Shown: positions 50,709 through 63,372, counted from the first letter of the stretch. The stretch: 64,000 nucleotides of DNA from Octopus vulgaris (GCA_951406725.2 OX597827.1:70556001-70620000); one strand, 5' to 3'. The notes: a model not told the origin generated them from the letters alone. A program made the numbers and translations.

Positions 50709-51923
50709 GATCCTTTTTTGCAATGTAGGCAGGTTATCACAGACTAATTCAATTATTATTTGGACTCATTGCCCTCCTAGATTAATCATATGTCCATATT
50801 TTTTTTGTATATTGTCCACTTTTTAACATGGCTTCTATGACTAGATCCCCTTCCTAACACCAACAAATTTAAAGTGAGTCCCAAGTGCATTTGGTTGAGG
50901 CACCAGCATCAGTGAGGTTGCCTTGTATCCAGCTTGACTAAAGAGTTTTCATTACCCTATGGAATCTCTGTTATTTGAAGACAGTGTGAGCAAGAATATG
51001 ATTTAGGAGAGAGCGTGATAACAGGATATGAACAGGAGTAAGGGAGTGAAAGAGACAAGAGTATGATAGAAAAAAATATGTGATTATGGTGAGAGAGTGC
51101 CAGAGATACAAGCTAATACATGTGTGTGTGTGTGTGTGTGTGTCTGTGTGTAGATTGATTGATAGATAGATAGAGAGAGAGAGATTGATAGATAGAAGAT
51201 ATATGTATCTATATCTGTATATTTTCATAAAAAATATATATATTTATATATATATATATACACACACACACATATTTATGTGGATATATATAAATAAATA
51301 AATAGATATTAAATATATATATATACTTATACATATACATGTATATACAATTATATCTACTATAAATACATACATGTGTCTGAGTGTATATAGAAATGTG
51401 TGTGTGTGTATATATATATATAGTCATTATGAGGATATTTATACTTGTGTGTGTGTGTGTGTGTGCATGTGCACACTCACACACACACATACAGAGTGCT
51501 GCAATAAGTGGAGAACCATTAAGCAGGTTTTTGATACTTTTGAAGTTCTCCAATAAACCTGATAATCAATAACCATGGTAACAATATAAATAAATTAATG
51601 AATACTTAAAATAGATGGGAGAGATTAATTTGATAATACATTTATTTAAATTATTTTCGCAAAACTCTTCCACGGTTTTAAATTTCACGACACCCTTAGT
51701 TTAAAACTGCACAGAAATAATTGCAAAATTTGCTCAAATTTGTGATTCCTGGTGATCAATATTTTTATAGTATTAAGCTTATGATGGTGGCATGGCTGTG
51801 TGGTTGAGAATTTGCTTCTCAATCGCATGATCCTGGGTTCAGTTCCACTGCATGGAACCTTGGGCAAGTGTCTTCTACTATATCTCAAATAGTGAATAGA
51901 GTTTAAAATAAAATAAAATAAAT

Positions 51924-52298
51924 GCACCCTTTTAAAGCCTAGCCAGGCTCATGGGCCCGGTTTCCTGGTGTCTATGGCGTATGTGTTTCCCAGCTGGATG
52001 GGACACCAGTCCATCGCAGCGTTACTCATTTTTGCCTGCTGAGTGGACTTGAGCAACGTGAAATGAAGTTTTTTGCTCAAGAACACAATGTGTCACCTGG
52101 TCCAGGAATCGAAACTACAATCTTATGATCATGATGCTGACACCCTAACCACTAAGCCACGTGCCTCCACCAATGAATGCGCCCTTTTAAAGCCTAGCCA
52201 GGCTCATGGGCCGGTTTCAATGGTGTATGTGTTCCCCTGCTGGACGGGACACCAGTCCATGATGCTGACACCCTAACCATTAAGCCATGCACCTCCAC
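51924..52298 (-). mobile_element. Two tandem SINE family H copies (51924-52171 full, 52179-52298 internally deleted)
   Basis: cccttttaaagcctagccaggctcatggg repeated, each ending in ccctaacca..gcctccac. Confidence 0.82.
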
Positions 52299-52380
52299 TA
52301 TGAATAGATTTGGTAGACTAAAAATGAAAGAAGTCCAGCATATATATGTATATGTGTTTGTATAGTGTGTCATATAACCA

Positions 52381-52752
52381 GTGGAGGCGCAATGGCCTAG
52401 TGGTTAGGGCAGCGGACTCGCGGTTTCGATTCCCAGACCGGGCGTTGTGAGTGTTTATTGAGCGAAAACACCTAAAGCTCCACGAGGCTCCGGCAGGGAT
52501 GGTGGTGATCCCTGCTGTACTCTTTCACCACAACTTTCTCTCACTCTTACTTCCTGTTTCTGTTGTACCTGTATTTCAAAGGGCCGGCCTTGTCACTCTC
52601 TGTGTCACGATGAATATCCCCGAGAACTACGTTAAGGGTACACGTGTCTGTGGAGTGCTCAGCCACTTACACGTTAATTTCACGAGCAGGCTGTTCCGTT
52701 GATTCGGATCAACCGGAACCCTCGTCGTCGTAACCGACGGAGTGCTTCCATC
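52381..52752 (+). mobile_element. SINE family C
   Basis: Nearly identical to 8049-8439; TSD catataacca / catatagcca. Confidence 0.9.
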
Positions 52753-53114
52753 CATATAGCCAACTGGAGACAATGTTTCCTGGGGCGAAATAACAGTAAC
52801 ATTTGTCCTAAACCAGGACTGCCACTCCAGGTTGGAAAATAATCTTTGGGAATGTTCTTTATGTTGCCTGTCTCATTTCTCTGTTTGTTTGTTTCTTTCA
52901 TTGTTCGAAAAAATGTTAGTTTTTTTATGTTCTCGTTTCTCATTTTGTCTACGTTTTTTTTTTCTATGTCCTATACCCATATATGCATGTATATATACAT
53001 ATATATGTAGGTATGTACATATATGTATGTATATATGCATATATCTATATATTATTTATATTATTATATGATCGAATGCCACGCATCCGTTTTTAAATGT
53101 TTATACATATATAC

Positions 53115-53496
53115 GTAGCTTGCTTACCAACCACATGGTTCCGGGTTCAGTCCCACTGCATGGCACCTTGGGCAAGTATCTTCTACTATAGCCTCGGGCT
53201 GACCAAAACCTTGTGAGTGGATTTGGTAGATGGAATCTGAAAGAAGCCCGTCGTATATATGTACATATATGTGTATATATGTGTGTATGTTTGTGTGTCT
53301 GTGTTTGTCCCCCTAACATCGCTTGACAACTGATGCTGGTGTGTTTATGTAACCGTAACTTTGCGGTTCAGCAAAAGAGACCGATAGAATAAATACTAGG
53401 CTTACAAAGAATAAGTCCTTGGGTCGATTTGCTCAACTAAAGGTGGTGTTACAGCATGGCCACAGTCAAATGAATGAAACAAGTAAAAGTGTAAGA

Positions 53497-53497
<1 letters not shown>
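53115..53497 (+). mobile_element. SINE family A
   Basis: Family A body and tail. Confidence 0.88.
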
Positions 53498-53571
<74 letters not shown>

Positions 53572-53664
53572 TGAATACACATATATATATATATATATAC
53601 GTACATATATATGTGTGTATGTATATATATATATGTATGTATATGTATGTATGTATGTATGTAT

Positions 53665-53818
53665 GCAAAAAACTTAAAATGACAAAACAACAAAATGTCA
53701 ATAAAAAAGAGTGGGTGTATAATGTTTGGCTCAAAATGGAAGAAGCCTTTAATGTTTTGAGCCTATGCTCTTCAACAGAAAAATATGAGGAGAGGAAACA
53801 GATGGAAAGAAAAAAGCA
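53665..53818 (-). mobile_element. Penelope-like terminal repeat remnant with degenerate hammerhead
   Basis: Minus strand CTGTTGA a-gagc-atag-gctc AAAACATT aaag (53747-53782). Confidence 0.5.
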
Positions 53819-54327
53819 TACATACATACATATATACATTTTTGTTGGAATTTCTATCTAATTCAATATGGGACAAAGTGTTTTGGATACATTGATGAAT
53901 AAACTTTATTGATTGGTTATCATCTACTTTTGTGTTGTCTAAACAACTTCTGTCTACGCTCGAGGCTAACCAAACTGTCTATACCACAACCATATTGAAT
54001 CTCACTAATTTGTTGGCATATATATGCATACATATGTGTGTGAGAGAGTGTGTGTGTGTGTGTGTATGTATGTTTGTATGAGTCTGTGTATGTTTGTCTC
54101 ATCTTGTCTGGACATCACATGATAGTCATGAGTGGTGTCATTGCCTTATAAGCACTGCCATTGATTTCCAATATTCTGTGTAAATATATCAGGCCATGGC
54201 AAAATATTACTTCGACTGTAAACAGGTAAGGGTTGGTGACAGGAAGAGCATCTGGCTACAGAAAAATTTCATTCAAAATATTCCCTTCGCCCATGCAAGC
54301 ATTGAAAAGTGGATGTAAAAAAGATGA

Positions 54328-54722
54328 GGCGTAGGAGTGGCTGTGTGGTAAGTAGCTTGCTTACCAACCACATGGTTCCGGGTTCAGTCCCACTGCGTGG
54401 CACCTCAGGCAAGTGTCTTCTACAATAGCCTTGGGCCGACCAAAGCCTTGTGATTGGATTTGGTAGACGGAAACTGAAAGAAACCCGTCATATGTACATA
54501 TATATGTATGTTTGTGATCTGTGTTTGTCCTCTCAACATTGCTTGACAACTGATGCTGGTGTGTTTACGTCCCCGTAACTTGGCGGTTCGGCAAAAGAGA
54601 TCGATAGAATAAGTACTAGGCTTACAAAGAATAAGTCCCGGGGTCGATTTGCTCGACTAAAAAGGCGGTGCTCCAGCATGGCCGCAGTCAAATGGCTGAA
54701 ACAAGTAATAGAGTAAAAGAGT
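54328..54722 (+). mobile_element. SINE family A, full length
   Basis: Family A head to tail. Confidence 0.9.
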
Positions 54723-54737
54723 GATGATGCTTGTTGT

Positions 54738-54934
54738 CACTAATGTTGCTGGGTAGGTGGGGGTCTGTAGGGGGTGGCACTAGCATAGCTGGAGAGAGTG
54801 GCGGTAGGGGTGGCACTTTTAAAGGGGCGCCACTTTTGGGTCTGCTTTAAACCATATGTGTTTTTTGGGGGGGTTTGGGGGCAGCAAAACAAAAGGGCCA
54901 ACCCCGGGTGGCACACATTCTAGCTACACTAGTG
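54738..54934. mobile_element. hAT-type MITE
   Basis: Imperfect TIRs cactaatgttgctgg / ctagctacactagtg and 8-bp TSD cttgttgt (54730-54737, 54935-54942); left end duplicated at 54778. Confidence 0.75.
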
Positions 54935-55202
54935 CTTGTTGTAACACTATAGATTGGTAAACAACCGCATTTATTTACAAAACAGCCATGCAACATCAGA
55001 CAAATGGGAGGGACTAGAGGGGCATTGCTGTCAAAACTGAATTGCAGGCCATCATTCTTTCTGAGTGATGGTTGTTGATAGGACTAAGAATGGTAAATCC
55101 ACGAAAACACCCAGAATAGAGGACAGAATCATTTGGAAACAGCCTCTGAAATCCATTACAAAATGACAAACAGAATCTAAACATACACGATACACTCAGT
55201 TT

Positions 55203-56143
55203 TAATCCTTTTCTACTCTAGGTACAAGGCCCAAAATTTTGGGAGAGGTGGGGGCCAGTCGATTAGATCGACCCAAGTATGCAACTGGTACTTAATTTAT
55301 CGACCCCTAAAGGATGAAAAGCACAGTCGATCTTGGCGGAATTTGAACTCAGAACATCGCAGCAGACGAAATACCTATTTCTCTATTACCCATCATCATG
55401 ATCATTGTTTGACCGTGGTCGAGACAATGGAATTTACCATGCTACGCCAGACTTCATGGTCCATCATGGCATTACGGAGGTCCTATTGCTAGATGCCTGT
55501 ATCTCTGGAGATTACATCAGGGTAGGAGAGTGTGCGCCCCCTGGTATTGCGAGTAGATGGCTTCCAGAGGAGAAGAGTAGAAATTATTCTTTTTCAGCTC
55601 TACAACAATGTCCAGCAAACTGGACTCTCCTACCTTTCACAAGAGATGACACAGGTGGTAGTTTAGAATTGGTTCGACTGTGGCTTTGAAGATTTCAAGT
55701 TTGAAGTCTCTACTTAGATTTGATGACCAGATCTTATGCATGTCACAAGGGGCTAAACACAGAGGAGACAAATAAGGTCAGACAGACGGATTAAGTCGAT
55801 TATATCGACCCCAGTGCGTAACTGGTACTTATTTAATCGACCCCGAAAGGATGAAAGGCAAAGTCAACCTCAGTGGAATTTGAACTCAGAACGTAGTGGC
55901 AGACAAAATACCTATTTCTCTATTACCCACAAGGGGCTAAACATAGAGGGGACAAACAAGGACAGACAAAGGGATTAAGTCGATTACATCGACTCCAGTA
56001 TGCAACTGGTACTTAATTTATCGACCCCGAAAGGATGAAAGGCAAAGTCGACCTCGGTGGAATTTGAACTCAGAACGTAAAGACAGACGAAATACTGCTT
56101 TGCATTTTTGCCCGGCGTGCTAACATTTCTGCCAGCTCGCCAT
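55203..56143 (-). mobile_element. SINE family D, head plus three body units, interrupted by RTE fragment
   Basis: Three ggaatttgaactcagaac units and one head at 56095-56143. Confidence 0.85.
55391..55743 (-). mobile_element. RTE LINE 3' fragment with (GAT)n tail
   Basis: MHKIWSSNLSRDFKLEIFKATVEPIL / LPPVSSLVKGRRVQFAGHCCRA / LLLWKP..RGR..AMMDHEVWR. Confidence 0.85.
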
Positions 56144-56579
56144 CTTATACTCAGTCTTAATATGTTCCCCCCGTGTTAATTGTTTCCTGATGGCTCAAGG
56201 AATTCAAACTAAATGGGCGCATTACTCAAAAAGGGTCATATATTTCCATGCTGGTGCTGGTACTACATAAAAGGCACCCAGTATACTCTGTAAAGTGGTT
56301 GGCATTAGAAAGGGCATCCAGCCCAGCCATAGAAACCATAGCACTTTGCTTTCACATCTGTGTTACAGCAACATCACACTAAGAGCAATTTTTTTGATGG
56401 ATTTAAAAATAGAACAAGTATAAATAATAGCTAGTCCCTTCCAATCATTTAATCTGAAACTAATCAGAAAATCTCTCGAACAACATTGATCGAGGGATCA
56501 AAGTACAGCAGGGGAACATCAAACGTCAACAATCAGATCAATGTGGGCAAAGAATCCTGGGAACAAATTCCATTTTTCA

Positions 56580-57225
56580 TATGTGTGTGTGTGTGTGTAT
56601 GCCTATGTGTCTATCTGTCTATTTACGATTGTGTATGTTTGTGTGAGTGTGTGTATGCATGTATGTATGTGCGTATATGTATGTGTTAGTGTGTGTATGT
56701 ATATGCGTGAGTGTGTATATGTATGTGTATATGTGTGCGTATGTATATAAATGTGTGTGTATCTATGTTTGTGTGTATGCATATAGGTGTATGTGAGTGT
56801 ATGTGTGAGTGTGTGTGTATATGTATGTGGGTATGGGACATATGTGAATGCGTATGTGTCTATATGAGCTTGTGTGTATGCCTATATGTCTGTCTATCTG
56901 CGATTATGTATGCGTATATGTTTGTGTGAGTTTGTGTATGCATATATGTATGTGTGAGTGTGTGTATGCATATGTGCGTATATGTATGTGTGTATGAGTG
57001 TGTGTATGTGTGTGTATATGTGTGCGTATGTATATAAATGTATCTATGTGTGTCTATGTTTGTATGTGTGTATGTATATAGGTTTATGTGAGTGTGTGTG
57101 TATATGTATGTGTGAGTGTTTATGTATGTATGTGGGTATGGGATATATGTGTGAGTGTGTATGTATATGTGTGTATATGAGAATGTGTATGTGTGTTTGT
57201 ATGAGTGCATGTGTGTGTGTGTGTG
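56580..57225. repeat. Degenerate (TG)n/(TATG)n tract
   Basis: Direct inspection. Confidence 0.9.
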
Positions 57226-57319
57226 GGGGGGACCAAATCTATGTCTTACATATGTCTCAAAGTCATTTGCCAGAAGACAATATCACACTGTATTGACCTG
57301 TAAATACAATTTTTCACAA

Positions 57320-57711
57320 TGTGGTAAGTAGCTTGCTTACCAACCACATGGTTCCGGGTTCAGTCCCACTGCATAGCACCTTGGGCAAGTGTCTTCTACT
57401 ATAGCCTTGGGCCAACCAATGCCTTGTGAGTGGATTTGGTAGATGGAAACTGAAAGAAGCCCATCGTATATATGTATATATATGTATGTATGTGTATATG
57501 TTTGTGTGTCTTTGTTTGTCCCCCCAACATCGCTTGACAACCGATGGTGGTGTGTTTACGTCCCTGTAACTTAGTGGTTTGGCAAAAGAGACCGATAGAA
57601 TAAGTACTAGGCTTACAAAGAATAAGTTCTGGGGTTGATTTGCTCGCCTAAAGACGATGCTCCAGCATGGCCGCAGTCAAATGACTGAAACAAGTAAAAG
57701 AATAAAAGAAT
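57320..57711 (+). mobile_element. SINE family A
   Basis: Family A head (clipped) to tail. Confidence 0.9.
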
Positions 57712-57962
57712 AGGAAAGTGTTGCAATAGGGAAGTAAATAATGTTTTCATCCCCTGCTTCTGAATATCGGATATCGCCAGGAATTCTATACAGAGAATGG
57801 GAAATTAAAAAAATATTGAAATAAAAGGTTTGTCAACATTACTAATTACATTTTTGTAGAATTAAATAATACAGCTGTATGCTATATGTAATTACATAAA
57901 TTTAAAATGAAAACATCTGTTCATCGCTTCAAAACACATACATACATTCATTCATACATGCA

Positions 57963-58017
<55 letters not shown>

Positions 58018-58257
58018 TATATATATTCATCATCATCGGGCCTTTATTAGACAGATTTATAACAAAGCATAATGTATGTCTGTGGCCGTTTTCAGCCGCG
58101 CACAACAGCTACAAGGACATGTGTTACATCAAAATTCTTGGTTGGGGATGCAAATCCTCTCATTCACGTACGACATAATGCGGCAGCAGCATAGAATTGA
58201 AGCGTCCATCTCTTTCTTCTCTCAATGTAGAATCTATATATATATATATATATATAT

Positions 58258-58521
58258 ATCATCATCATCATCATCATCGCCAGAATGGGTTGGACTTCAT
58301 CAGGCCCAGTCAAATCTGGCAGTGTTTCTACGGCTGGATGCCCTTCCTAACGCCAACCACTCCGTGAGTGTAGTGGGTGCTTTTTACGTGCCACCCGCAC
58401 TGGTGCCAGACAGAGCTGGCAAACGGCCACGAACGGATGGTGCTTTTTATGTGCCACCGGCACGAGGGCCAGGCGAGGCTGGCAACGGACACGAAACGGG
58501 GCGGTGCTGGCAACGGTCGCG
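58258..58521 (-). mobile_element. Family B retroposon
   Basis: ggatgcccttcctaacgccaaccactccg plus tandem units. Confidence 0.82.
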
Positions 58522-58525
58522 AAAG

Positions 58526-58866
58526 TTAATCCAAACAAGAAAGTACAAAAAAACACAACAACGCGAGGACGTGGAACAAATATAGTATTATTGGACGCTC
58601 AGGAAAGAAGGCGGGTTTAACGTTTCGAGCGGAGCTCTTCGTCGGAAACATAGGAGAAGGAAAGATCCAGAGAAGAGAAGACAGAGTAAAAAAAATCACC
58701 AACGGTACACACGAGGTCACATTTTGAAAGACCGGAAGGAAAAGGGTGAAGATAGATGTTTTCAACGACAGATGAGTAGTATTGTCAAGTCAGGCATGTT
58801 GAGAAGTGGTGAATGTCTGTGTTGGTGTAAGTGGTGGCGACACAAGTGGAAAAATGGAGGTAGAAG

Positions 58867-58868
<2 letters not shown>
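58526..58868 (-). mobile_element. Penelope-like terminal repeat
   Basis: Contains a minimal hammerhead, CpG-rich (young), abuts (TA)n. Confidence 0.6.
58615..58649 (-). ncRNA. Minimal type I hammerhead ribozyme (U4C variant)
   Basis: gttt CCGACGA a-gagc-tcc-gctc GAAAC-G-TT aaac. Confidence 0.65.
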
Positions 58869-58912
<44 letters not shown>

Positions 58913-59048
58913 TCACACACACACATGCTTTTGGTGCGAATGGTGTTTTATATAAGCTTAAAGCTTATGGTGATCCCATGCAATGACTAAGGAAAATAAT
59001 CTAATAAAGGGGCATATAAGCCCTGAAGAGAAAAATAGAAAACTTTTC

Positions 59049-59122
59049 TATCCGCGTGGGAGTCGAACCCACATCCCTTTGTTAACGGACTAAGTGTGTT
59101 ACCTTTACGCCAGCTATTCAGC
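59049..59122 (-). pseudogene. tRNA-like sequence (GTT in anticodon position), probably a repeat head
   Basis: A-box tggcgtaaagg, T-arm gtggg-ttcgact-cccac; acceptor stem does not pair. Confidence 0.55.
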
Positions 59123-59160
59123 TTCTATTTTCCTCTCAAATTTAAGAAGTATAATAGTTC

Positions 59161-59270
59161 GTACATTATTTTACATTTGACAGATATTTATCCTCATCTT
59201 GTTTGTTGTTAACACGTTTCGGCTGATATACTCTCCAGCCTTCTTCAGGTGTCTTGGAGAAATTTCGAAC
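59161..59270 (-). mobile_element. Third copy of the hammerhead-bearing body of the 48502-49380 element
   Basis: gacac CTGAAGA aggctg..cagcc GAAAC gtgtt at 59253-59211, then gtcaaatgtaaaataatgt. Confidence 0.75.
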
Positions 59271-59374
59271 GTACGTACAATGGGAGAGTGGGGGAGAGAG
59301 AGAGAGGCGAAAGTATAAGTGTGTAGTTAAGAATTTTGCTTCCCAAACCATGTAGTTTTGAGTTTGGTCCCACT

Positions 59375-59774
59375 TTTATTTGTTTCAGTCATTTGACCAT
59401 GGCCATGCTGGAGCAGTACCTTAAAAGTTTTCCTTTTTAGTTGAAGAAATTAACACCAGAACTTATTTTTTGTAAGCTTAGTACTTGTGCTATAGGTCTC
59501 TTTTGCTGAACTGCTAAGCTACAGGGATGTAAACACACCAACATCAGTTGTCAAGTGATGATGGGGAGACAAACACAGACGCAAATACACACATACACAC
59601 ACACAAAAAAAAAAAACGCTCATATATGTGACAGGTATTTTTCAGTTTCCATCTACCAAACCCACTCACAAGGCTTGGGTTGGCCTGAAGCTATAGCAGA
59701 AGACACTTGCCCAAGGTGCCATGCAGTGGGACTGAACCCAGAACCATGTGGTTGAGTAATTTCTTACCACACAG

Positions 59775-59778
<4 letters not shown>
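59375..59778 (-). mobile_element. SINE family A
   Basis: Reverse complement of family A. Confidence 0.82.
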
Positions 59779-59812
<34 letters not shown>

Positions 59813-60114
59813 CAGTTGTATTAATGTTTACTTTTATGTCAAGTTAGGTATAAAATCAATTTTGTACAAACAATCTCATGGCTTGAATGTGATGCACCTA
59901 AATTGGACATACCTGACTACAAAGTTATTTCCCAGTTTAACTGGACTCTAAATGATAACACAATTCCCACTTCAAACCAAACAAAATCCTCCTACAATAT
60001 ATTGCTATCAACCTAAAACACTACAAACATATTCCCTTCATATCCTCTTTTATCCCCCTTCCTATACATCCACTTCTCAAACATACACACACCAAGCCTA
60101 ATTATTATTTCACA

Positions 60115-60543
60115 AATCGAAATCTTTCAACATCAATGGAAATTGTAGCTGAGATACCAGTGCCGGTGGCATGTAAGAGAACCATCCGAACGTGGCCGTT
60201 GCCAGCACCGCCCCGACTGGCCTCCGTGCCGGTGGCACGTAAAAAGCACCATCCGATTGTGGCCGTTGCCAGCCTCGTCTGGCCCCAGTGCCAGTGGCAC
60301 GTAAAAAGCACCATCCAATCGTGGCTGTTTGCCAGCTTCGTCTGGCACCTGTGCAGGTAGCACATAAAAAGCACCCACTACACTCTCAGAGTGTTTGGCG
60401 TTAGGAAGGGCATCCAGCTGTAGAAACGCTGCCAGATCAGACTGGGCCTGGTGCAGCCTTCTGGCTTCCCAGACCCTAGTTGAACCGTCCAACCCATGCT
60501 AGCATGGAAGACGGACCTTAAACAATGATGATGATGATGATGA
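60115..60543 (+). mobile_element. Family B retroposon, apparently full length
   Basis: Same 5' leader (aacatcaatggaa) as 16946-17440, four gtgcc-ggt-ggcac units, (GAT)n tail. Confidence 0.9.
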
Positions 60544-60674
60544 CAGTTCTGCCTTTCCCAGAAAAACAACTTGCCAAAGATTACATAAAGCTAAAAGAAA
60601 TCCAAGTGTAGCTCAGCCCAATGCAGGATAACAGATTGAAACTTTGAAGTCACTGTCACTCTTCTCGTAAAGGT

Positions 60675-60830
60675 GTGTGGCTGTGTGGTAAGAAGCTTGC
60701 TTCCCAACCACATGGTTCCAGGTTCAGTCCCACTGCATGACACCTTGGGTAAGTTTTTTTCTACGATAGCCTCGGGCTGACCAAAGCCTTGTGAGTGGAT
60801 TTGGTAGACGAAAACTGAAAGAAGCCCGTC

Positions 60831-60869
<39 letters not shown>

Positions 60870-61030
60870 CACAGGAGTGGCTGTGTGGTAAGTAGCTTGC
60901 TAACCAACCACATGGTTCCGGGTTCAGTCCCACTGCGTGGCATCTTGGGCAAGTGTCTTCTGCTATAGCCTCGGGCCGACCAAAGCCTTGTGAGTGGATT
61001 TGGTAGAACGGAAACTGAAAGAAGCCTGTC

Positions 61031-61068
<38 letters not shown>

Positions 61069-61290
61069 GTGCGTATATGTTTGTGTGTCTGTGTTTGTCT
61101 CTCTAGCATTGCTTGACAACCGATACTGGTGTACTTACGTCCCCGTCACTTAGCGGTTCGGCAAAAGAGACCGATAGAATAAGTACTGGGCTTACAAAGA
61201 ATAAGTCCCGGGGTCGATTTGCACGACTAAAGGCGATGCTCCAGCATGGCCGCAGTCAAATGACTGAAACAAGTAAAAGAGTAAAAGAGA
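60675..61290 (+). mobile_element. Two SINE family A copies: 5' half (60675-60866) and full copy (60868-61290)
   Basis: The second head follows the TA tract of the first. Confidence 0.9.
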
Positions 61291-61332
61291 ATATATATGA
61301 TGATGACTGGATTTTTTTATTACTCTTGGTAC

Positions 61333-61580
61333 CTGTCCTCCGATTGACACCCAAACACTCTGAAATGTTCATATTGGAGCTTCTGGCGTGAATGCCAAGC
61401 AGTATATAGCATGTCGTTTCCAAATTTCTGGCAGAGTAAATTGCATCAGGGTGCTGTTTTTCTCAGACAGTGCCCAACTGACCCTACCGTGCTGTGTAGT
61501 TGACAAAATCAAAAATAAACAATACGCATGCGTGAAATGGAAAATTTTAAATAGCAACAATTTACTCATCACCCCCTGTA
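61333..61580 (-). mobile_element. maT transposon left end (TIR and N-terminus)
   Basis: TA-cagggggtgatgagtaaattg terminus; MQFTLPEIWKRHAI..NISECLGVN overlaps 15536-15566. Confidence 0.75.
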
Positions 61581-61725
61581 TGTATGTATATATGCATGTG
61601 TGCTTGCATGCATGCGTATGTGCGTGCATGTGTGTATGTATTGTAATTCCAATTGTCAGATAAGTAGGATAAATAAAATAAGGAATTTGTATATAAGAGA
61701 ACATGCAGAAATTATTTGAATATCT

Positions 61726-61955
61726 TTAACCCTTTCGTTACCAACCCAGCCAAAACCGGCTCTGGCTCTGTAGTATAAATGTCTTGTTTTCATTAGTTTT
61801 TCATTAAAATCTTCCACCAAACCTTGGTCACAATTTATGTTCCTAATGCTAGCTTAATGATAACTGAGTTATTTTACTAAATTCTTTGATATATTTAAAA
61901 TCAATTGAAAGAAATTTTGAGTATCTCAAAATAAATGCAGTAACAAAAGGGTTAA
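61726..61955 (-). mobile_element. TTAA piggyBac-like MITE monomer
   Basis: ttaaccctttcgttacc ... gtaacaaaagggttaa. Confidence 0.88.
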
Positions 61956-62100
61956 TACATTTTAGTGGATGCTGGAAAAAGACAAAACAAAATGAAAATA
62001 TTATTGTATCTCATTTGTTAACACAAAGCAACCACTACTTAAAAAAATGTCATTAGGAAGAGAGATTGATAAAGAGATGGGCGGAATAAAATATATATAT

Positions 62101-62507
62101 ACTCTTACTCTCTCTCTTTTACTTGTTTCAGTCATTTGACTGCGGCCATGCTGGAGCACCGCCTTTAGTCGAGCAACTCGACCCCGAGACTTATTCTTTT
62201 TGTAAGCCCAGTACTTATTCTATCGGTCTCTTTTTGCCGAACCGCTAAGTGACAGGGACATAAACACACCAGCATCGGTTGTCAAGCAATGCTAGGGGAA
62301 CAAACACAGACACACAAACACACACACATATATATATATATACATATATACGACAGGCTTCTTTCAGTTTCCGTCTACCAAATCCACTCACAAGGCATTG
62401 GTCGGCCCGGGGCTATAGCAGAAGACACTTGCCCAAGATGCCACGCAGTGGGACTGAACCCGGAACTATGTGGTTCATAAGCAAGCTACTTACCACACAG
62501 CCACTCC
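62101..62507 (-). mobile_element. SINE family A, full length
   Basis: Reverse complement of family A. Confidence 0.92.
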
Positions 62508-63004
62508 ACTTATATCTATAGGAAAATTAGATAAATAAATATGTTGAATAGATATAGAATATGAATATGTATGTGGGGAATAAAGATGTCCTTATATAGA
62601 TTAAATTATAAATTAAAAATACATGAGTATGAAATGTAGGTGTAAAAAAAAAAGTAATTATTTATGGAGCTAGCGGTGAGGATAATGATGAACTGAAAGA
62701 AAAAATTCTTTGAAGGAAAATTTTTGCAGGAATCAAGATAAGAAATATGGCAAAAAATGATTGCATGATCTAATGGTTTTTAATAACTTCTTAGTGCATA
62801 TGTTATATCAGTTTGAGGACTTATATCGGGGTAATAAATACTTAGGTGTATGTCTACAGGTAGATGGAAGCTCAGATCATTTGTTTAGATTAGTGGTGGT
62901 TTCTCAACCATTTTTTGCCTAAGGATCCCTTTGGTTCCTGTTTTAGTCAGGGGGACCCTTTTAGCCCTTCAAAGTTTTAAAAAATCCTATTATATCTCTA
63001 TGTA

Positions 63005-63372
63005 GGTGCAGGAGTGGCTGTGTGGTAAGTAGCTTGCTTACCAACCACATGGTTCCGGGTTCAGTCCCACTGTGTGGCACCTTGGGCAAGTGTTTTCTAC
63101 TATAGCCTTGGGCCGACCAAAGCCTTGTGAGTGGATTTGGTAGACAGAAACTGAAAGAATCCTGTCGTATATACGTATATATATATATGTGTGTGTGTTT
63201 GTGTGTCTGTGTTTGTCCCTCCAACATGGCTTGACAACTGGTGTGTTTACGTCCCCGTAACTTAGCGGTTCGGCAAAAAGAGAATGATAGAATAAGTACT
63301 AGGGTCAATTTGCTCGACTAAAGGCGGTGCTCCAGCATGGCCACAATCAAATGACTGAAACAAGTAAAAGAG
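63005..63372 (+). mobile_element. SINE family A
   Basis: Family A head to tail. Confidence 0.9.

Noticed and set aside
52381-52445. SINE C, H, A and D heads as functional tRNA genes
   Set aside because: They lack a proper acceptor stem and terminator, and continue into multicopy SINE bodies with TSDs.
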